A DNA stretch of 10,245 nucleotides from an uncultured bacterium (GTDB taxonomy: Bacteria > Hydrogenedentota > Hydrogenedentia > Hydrogenedentales > JAEUWI01). A program made the position numbers and the translations under genes. Where the stretch lies: NCBI GenBank assembly GCA_963977445.1, contig CAXBPH010000251.1, forward strand, positions 1-10,245, in the 5' to 3' direction. Shown here piece after piece: positions 6,753 to 10,245 of the stretch (within the stretch, counting starts at the first letter, position 1; every line of letters starts with the position of its first letter). A model generated the notes under the pieces. That model saw only the letters and a program-made list of their open reading frames with translations. It ran no database searches and was not told the origin of the DNA.

Positions 6753-9700
6753 ATGCTTCCCCCGAAAATCGTTGAAAAACTCGGTCGTCGCATCGAAAAG
6801 CTGAAACAATGGCGCTATGTTCACGTGGCCGACGTGGTCCTGGAAATGGCCGAAGCCACCGAGCCCTTTCGTCAGCCCCCCGTCTCCCTTCACTACGAAC
6901 CGGCCCCCGTGGGCTGTACCTTTGGCACCCACTGGAATACGACCTGGTTTCGTGGCCGTATTGAGGTGCCCCGCAGTTGCAAGGGCAAGCGTGTTTTCTA
7001 CCGTCATCAAAGTCACACCGACAAGCTTCTGTGGCTCGATGGCGAGGCCTTCGCCGGGATGAATCACGGTCACGAGGAGGTGTTGATTCATCGCAGTGCC
7101 CGGGGTGGCGAATCCCATGAGATTTACGTCGAAGCCTATACGGGCCACCTCATGCCCGGCATGGATCCCTTCAGCGACAAAATGTATACCCATCAGTTCA
7201 CCGAGCGGGACCCCGGTATCGAGCCGCCCCTGCCGCTGGATTCGAGCGATCTGCTTTACGAGCGGGAACACGCCGCGGCCCTCTATTATGATGCCGATGT
7301 GCTCTACCGCACGGCCATCATGCTCGATGAAAGCAGCCTGCGTCGGGCAAAATTGCTTGCCGCGTTGAATGAAGCCCTGAATATGGTTTCCATGCAATGG
7401 ACGGACGAATCGGAGCTGGAGCAATCTGCCGCCGCCGCCCGGAAGCGACTCGCGCCGGAACTGGCCACCAAGAATGGCCCCACCACGCCTACCGTCGGTA
7501 TTGTGGGCCATTGCCACATCGATATCGGCTGGCTCTGGCCAGTGCGGGAATCCATCCGTAAGGCGGCGAAGTCTTTCACCACCATATTGAATCTGATGGA
7601 AGATTACCCGGAATTTCGCTTTCAACAGTCCCAGCCCTGGCTCTACGATGTGTTGGAGACCCACTACCCCGATATCCTCGCCAAGATTAAGAAGCGGGTG
7701 AAAGAAGGGCGTTGGGAACCCAACGGCGGCATGTGGGTCGAGGCGGATTGTAATGTCACCGGTGGCGAATCCCTGGTGCGTCAGTTTCTGGAGGGGCGGA
7801 AGAAAACCCGGGCCCTCTTCGGCTACACGGGCGACACCCTGTGGCTTCCCGATGTCTTCGGTTACAGCGCGGCCCTGCCCCAGATATTGAAAAAATCCGG
7901 CATCAAAAACTTCGTGACGAGCAAGATTAATTGGGGTGACACCAACCGCTTTCCCTACGATACCTTTCACTGGGAGGGCATCGACGGCACCCGCATATTC
8001 ACCCACTACATCAACATGATGGGAGAATATATGGGCTACAACGCACCCGTGTTGCCCGAGGCCTCTCAGCACGTCTGGAGCCGGGTCCAATACAAAGAAA
8101 TTCAGGATGCCACCCTCAGTTCCGTCGGGTGGGGCGATGGTGGCGGCGGTCCCAGCCGGGAGATGTGCGAAAACGCTGTCCGTATGAAGAATCTCGAAGG
8201 CTGTCCCAAGACCGAGTGGGTCAACGTGACGAAATTCCTGGAACGACTTCGGGAAGACGATGTGACCCGGCCCGTTTGGGTCGGCGAACTCTATCTTGAA
8301 TACCATCGGGGTACCTACACGACCCAGAGTCGCACCAAACGATATAACCGTAAGTTGGAATTGCTGCTGCGGGAGGTGGAGCTCTATGCGGGTATGGCCA
8401 TGGCCTTCGACGGGGTGTATCCCGCCGCCGAACTGGAAACCCACTGGCGCACCTTGCTGACCAATCAATTTCACGACATTATTCCTGGCACGAGTATCCG
8501 TAGCGTTTACGAGGTTGCCGAGGCCGAGTATGCCGCCATGGAAGAGGCCCTCTTGGCGCTCCGCGCGGAGGCCCTTAGCCGCCTGGGAAGTCAGCTTCAG
8601 CCGGACAGCGAAAATCGGGGTCATCTTGTGGCCAATGCCCTTTCGTGGGCGCGGGAAGACATCGTCCTTCTGAGCCAGGTCGAGGGCTCGGGGGCCTGTG
8701 ACAACGAGGGACATGCTCTGCGCTGTCAGACGACCGAGGATGGCCTCGCGGTTCTGGTTTCGGCGGGCAGCCTCAGCACCACGCCCATTGCGGTCCGCGA
8801 GCGCAGCAGCGATGGTGAGTCGCCCTTTCACTATTCCGGAAAGGGCCTGGAGACGCCGTTCTATACCATCAGCTTCGATAAGAGCGGTTTCATCAGCAGC
8901 CTCTTCGATAAAGAAGCCCACCGCGAGGTGGTCCAGGACGGACAGGTTCTCAATCAGTTTTACACAGCCGAGGACATGCCCCTGTTCTGGGATGCCTGGG
9001 ATATTGACCGCTATTATCGCGACCATGTAAAACTGGAAGACAATCTCATTTCTCGTGAGCTGCACGCCGATGGGCCGCTGTTTCTTTCCATTCGTTCTAC
9101 CTGGAAGATCGGCCGGGCTTCGACACTTACGCAGGACATGACCGTCTATCACCACACACGTCGTATCGATTTTGTTTCCCACCTCGATTGGCAGGAAACA
9201 CGCACGCTGTTGAAAACGGCCTTTCCCGTCGACGTGCACACGGCGCAAATTCGCAGCGAAATACAGTTCGGACACGTTCTCCGTAATACCCATGAGAACA
9301 CCTCCTGGGACCGGGCGAAGTTCGAGTCCTGCGCCCATAAATGGGTGGACCTTTCGGAAGGCAACTATGGCGTCGCCCTGCTGAACGATTGTAAATACGG
9401 TTACGACACCCTGGAAGACAAGCTTTCACTGACGTTGATGAAATCCCCCCGTTGTCCCGACGAACAGGCGGACATCGGTGAGCATCGCTTCACCTATGCC
9501 CTCTTCCCCCATGATGGTGCATTCTCGGTGGACACGGTCGTGCGCGAAGCCCACGCCTTGAATTCGCCGCTCCACGGGCTCGCCCTGGCCGGGGGTGAAG
9601 GCAGCCAACGGGCGATTGACTGCTGCAAAGTAAGTAATCCCAACGTGGTTATCGAGGCGGTGAAAAAAGCCGAAGCCGACGACGCCCTCATTGTACGACT

Positions 9701-9878
9701 CTACGAAGCCGGCAATACCCGGGGTAACGTGACCGTGAGTTTTGGCCGCGCCCTCAAGAAGGCCTATACCTGTAATTTAATGGAAGAGGAAGCCGAGTCC
9801 GTCAAGATTCGTAATGACGATGTGACGGTTTCCGTGGCGCCCTTCGAAATCAAAACGCTCATGGTTTATTTCAAGTAG
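6753..9878 (+). CDS. Alpha-mannosidase, glycoside hydrolase family 38 (class II, cytoplasmic Ams1/Man2C1-like), 1041 aa
   Basis: Zn-binding GHCHIDIGWLWP, GGMWVEADCN..GESLVRQF, nucleophile motif WLPDVFGYSAALPQI, GWGDGGGGP, WVGELYLEYHRGTYTTQ, NQFHDIIPGTSI, GVALLNDCKYG, C-terminal PFEIKT. RBS GAAGGA at 6742-6747; no signal peptide evident. Confidence 0.96.
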   Translation: MLPPKIVEKLGRRIEKLKQWRYVHVADVVLEMAEATEPFRQPPVSLHYEPAPVGCTFGTHWNTTWFRGRIEVPRSCKGKRVFYRHQSHTDKLLWLDGEAFAGMNHGHEEVLIHRSARGGESHEIYVEAYTGHLMPGMDPFSDKMYTHQFTERDPGIEPPLPLDSSDLLYEREHAAALYYDADVLYRTAIMLDESSLRRAKLLAALNEALNMVSMQWTDESELEQSAAAARKRLAPELATKNGPTTPTVGIVGHCHIDIGWLWPVRESIRKAAKSFTTILNLMEDYPEFRFQQSQPWLYDVLETHYPDILAKIKKRVKEGRWEPNGGMWVEADCNVTGGESLVRQFLEGRKKTRALFGYTGDTLWLPDVFGYSAALPQILKKSGIKNFVTSKINWGDTNRFPYDTFHWEGIDGTRIFTHYINMMGEYMGYNAPVLPEASQHVWSRVQYKEIQDATLSSVGWGDGGGGPSREMCENAVRMKNLEGCPKTEWVNVTKFLERLREDDVTRPVWVGELYLEYHRGTYTTQSRTKRYNRKLELLLREVELYAGMAMAFDGVYPAAELETHWRTLLTNQFHDIIPGTSIRSVYEVAEAEYAAMEEALLALRAEALSRLGSQLQPDSENRGHLVANALSWAREDIVLLSQVEGSGACDNEGHALRCQTTEDGLAVLVSAGSLSTTPIAVRERSSDGESPFHYSGKGLETPFYTISFDKSGFISSLFDKEAHREVVQDGQVLNQFYTAEDMPLFWDAWDIDRYYRDHVKLEDNLISRELHADGPLFLSIRSTWKIGRASTLTQDMTVYHHTRRIDFVSHLDWQETRTLLKTAFPVDVHTAQIRSEIQFGHVLRNTHENTSWDRAKFESCAHKWVDLSEGNYGVALLNDCKYGYDTLEDKLSLTLMKSPRCPDEQADIGEHRFTYALFPHDGAFSVDTVVREAHALNSPLHGLALAGGEGSQRAIDCCKVSNPNVVIEAVKKAEADDALIVRLYEAGNTRGNVTVSFGRALKKAYTCNLMEEEAESVKIRNDDVTVSVAPFEIKTLMVYFK

Positions 9879-9926
9879 ACACAGTGGCACGGGCGCGTTC
9901 GCAGGTGCCTGTGGTTTCCGCTCCAG

Positions 9927-9957
9927 ACACACGAACCGGCAGGGCCGGTTCGTGTGT
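9927..9957. repeat. Perfect 14-bp hairpin, a variant of the REP-like unit; may also act as a 3'-end stabiliser or terminator
   Basis: ACACACGAACCGGC-AGG-GCCGGTTCGTGTGT. Its right arm CCGGTTCGTGTG (9945-9956) is in exact 82-nt register with the right arms at 10027-10038 and 10109-10120. No U-tract follows. Confidence 0.85.
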
Positions 9958-10245
9958 GGGTACCAACAAAGACGCACTCCACCAAAACTAACTTTAGTCA
10001 CCAGACGTGCCGCGCGATCAGGTGCTCCGATTCGAATGTGGGTAACAATAATGACGTACTCCACCAAAACTAACTGAAGCTACCAGACGTGCCGCGCGAT
10101 CCGGTACTACGGTTCGTGCGAAGAGATTGTGGGACGTCAGTGGAGTCTCGGTGCTTGTGTAAAGTCTTCAGGATGTCATTTGGAATAAGGCATTGATATA
10201 GAAACTTAGTCCTTTTCTTCAACCCACGCACGAACCGGAGTACCG
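9957..10245. repeat. REP/BIME-like mosaic, locus 2: two tandem 82-nt units (50-nt spacer + 32-nt REP), 106-nt linker, inverted REP cut by the window end
   Basis: Units 9957-10038 and 10039-10120 (spacers 42/50 identical; GTGCCGCGCGATC at 10007 and 10089); linker 10121-10226; 10227-10245 CGCACGAACCGGAGTACCG is the reverse complement of the 3' part of the unit. Confidence 0.92.

Noticed and set aside
6648..9338. 896-aa antisense ORF
   Set aside because: It is in exact codon register opposite the GH38 gene and has no recognisable motif; a typical shadow ORF of a GC-rich gene.
9880..9918. Rho-independent terminator after the mannosidase stop
   Set aside because: The CACAGTGGCAC...GTGCCTGTG stem is bulged with a long loop and only TTT follows; not convincing.
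9927..10120. CRISPR array (32-nt palindromic repeats at a regular period)
   Set aside because: The 50-nt spacers are homologous to each other (42/50) and to 2301-2350, repeats occur in both orientations, and no cas gene is visible.
2301..10245. Composite transposon or integron attC array bounded by the two repeat loci
   Set aside because: No transposase or integrase, no target duplication, no RYYYAAC/GTTRRRY cores, and the enclosed genes lie in both orientations; dispersed extragenic repeats are the simpler explanation.

Overview
GC-rich bacterial window with five carbohydrate-related genes and two non-coding regions built from one repeat family. In order: (1) a 5'-truncated DUF4962/heparinase II/III-type polysaccharide lyase (PL15-like) on +; (2) a convergent intergenic region with a modular palindromic repeat; (3) a minus-strand operon of a Wzz-like co-polymerase, a Wzx-type flippase and a GT4 glycosyltransferase; (4) a divergent promoter region; (5) a GH38 alpha-mannosidase on +; (6) a second, larger repeat cluster running off the right edge. 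The most interesting signal is non-coding: a 32-nt REP-like unit (GTGC head plus the imperfect hairpin CGCGCGATCCGG-TACT-CCGGTTCGTGCG) in 6 full, partial or variant copies at two loci about 7.5 kb apart. It is combined with a 50-nt spacer and a 106/124-nt linker into BIME/REPIN-like mosaics, shows a compensatory base-pair change, and its linker is flipped between the loci. No transposase, cas, tRNA or rRNA gene was recognised. Family calls come from motif recognition by eye and alignments were counted by hand; no searches were run.
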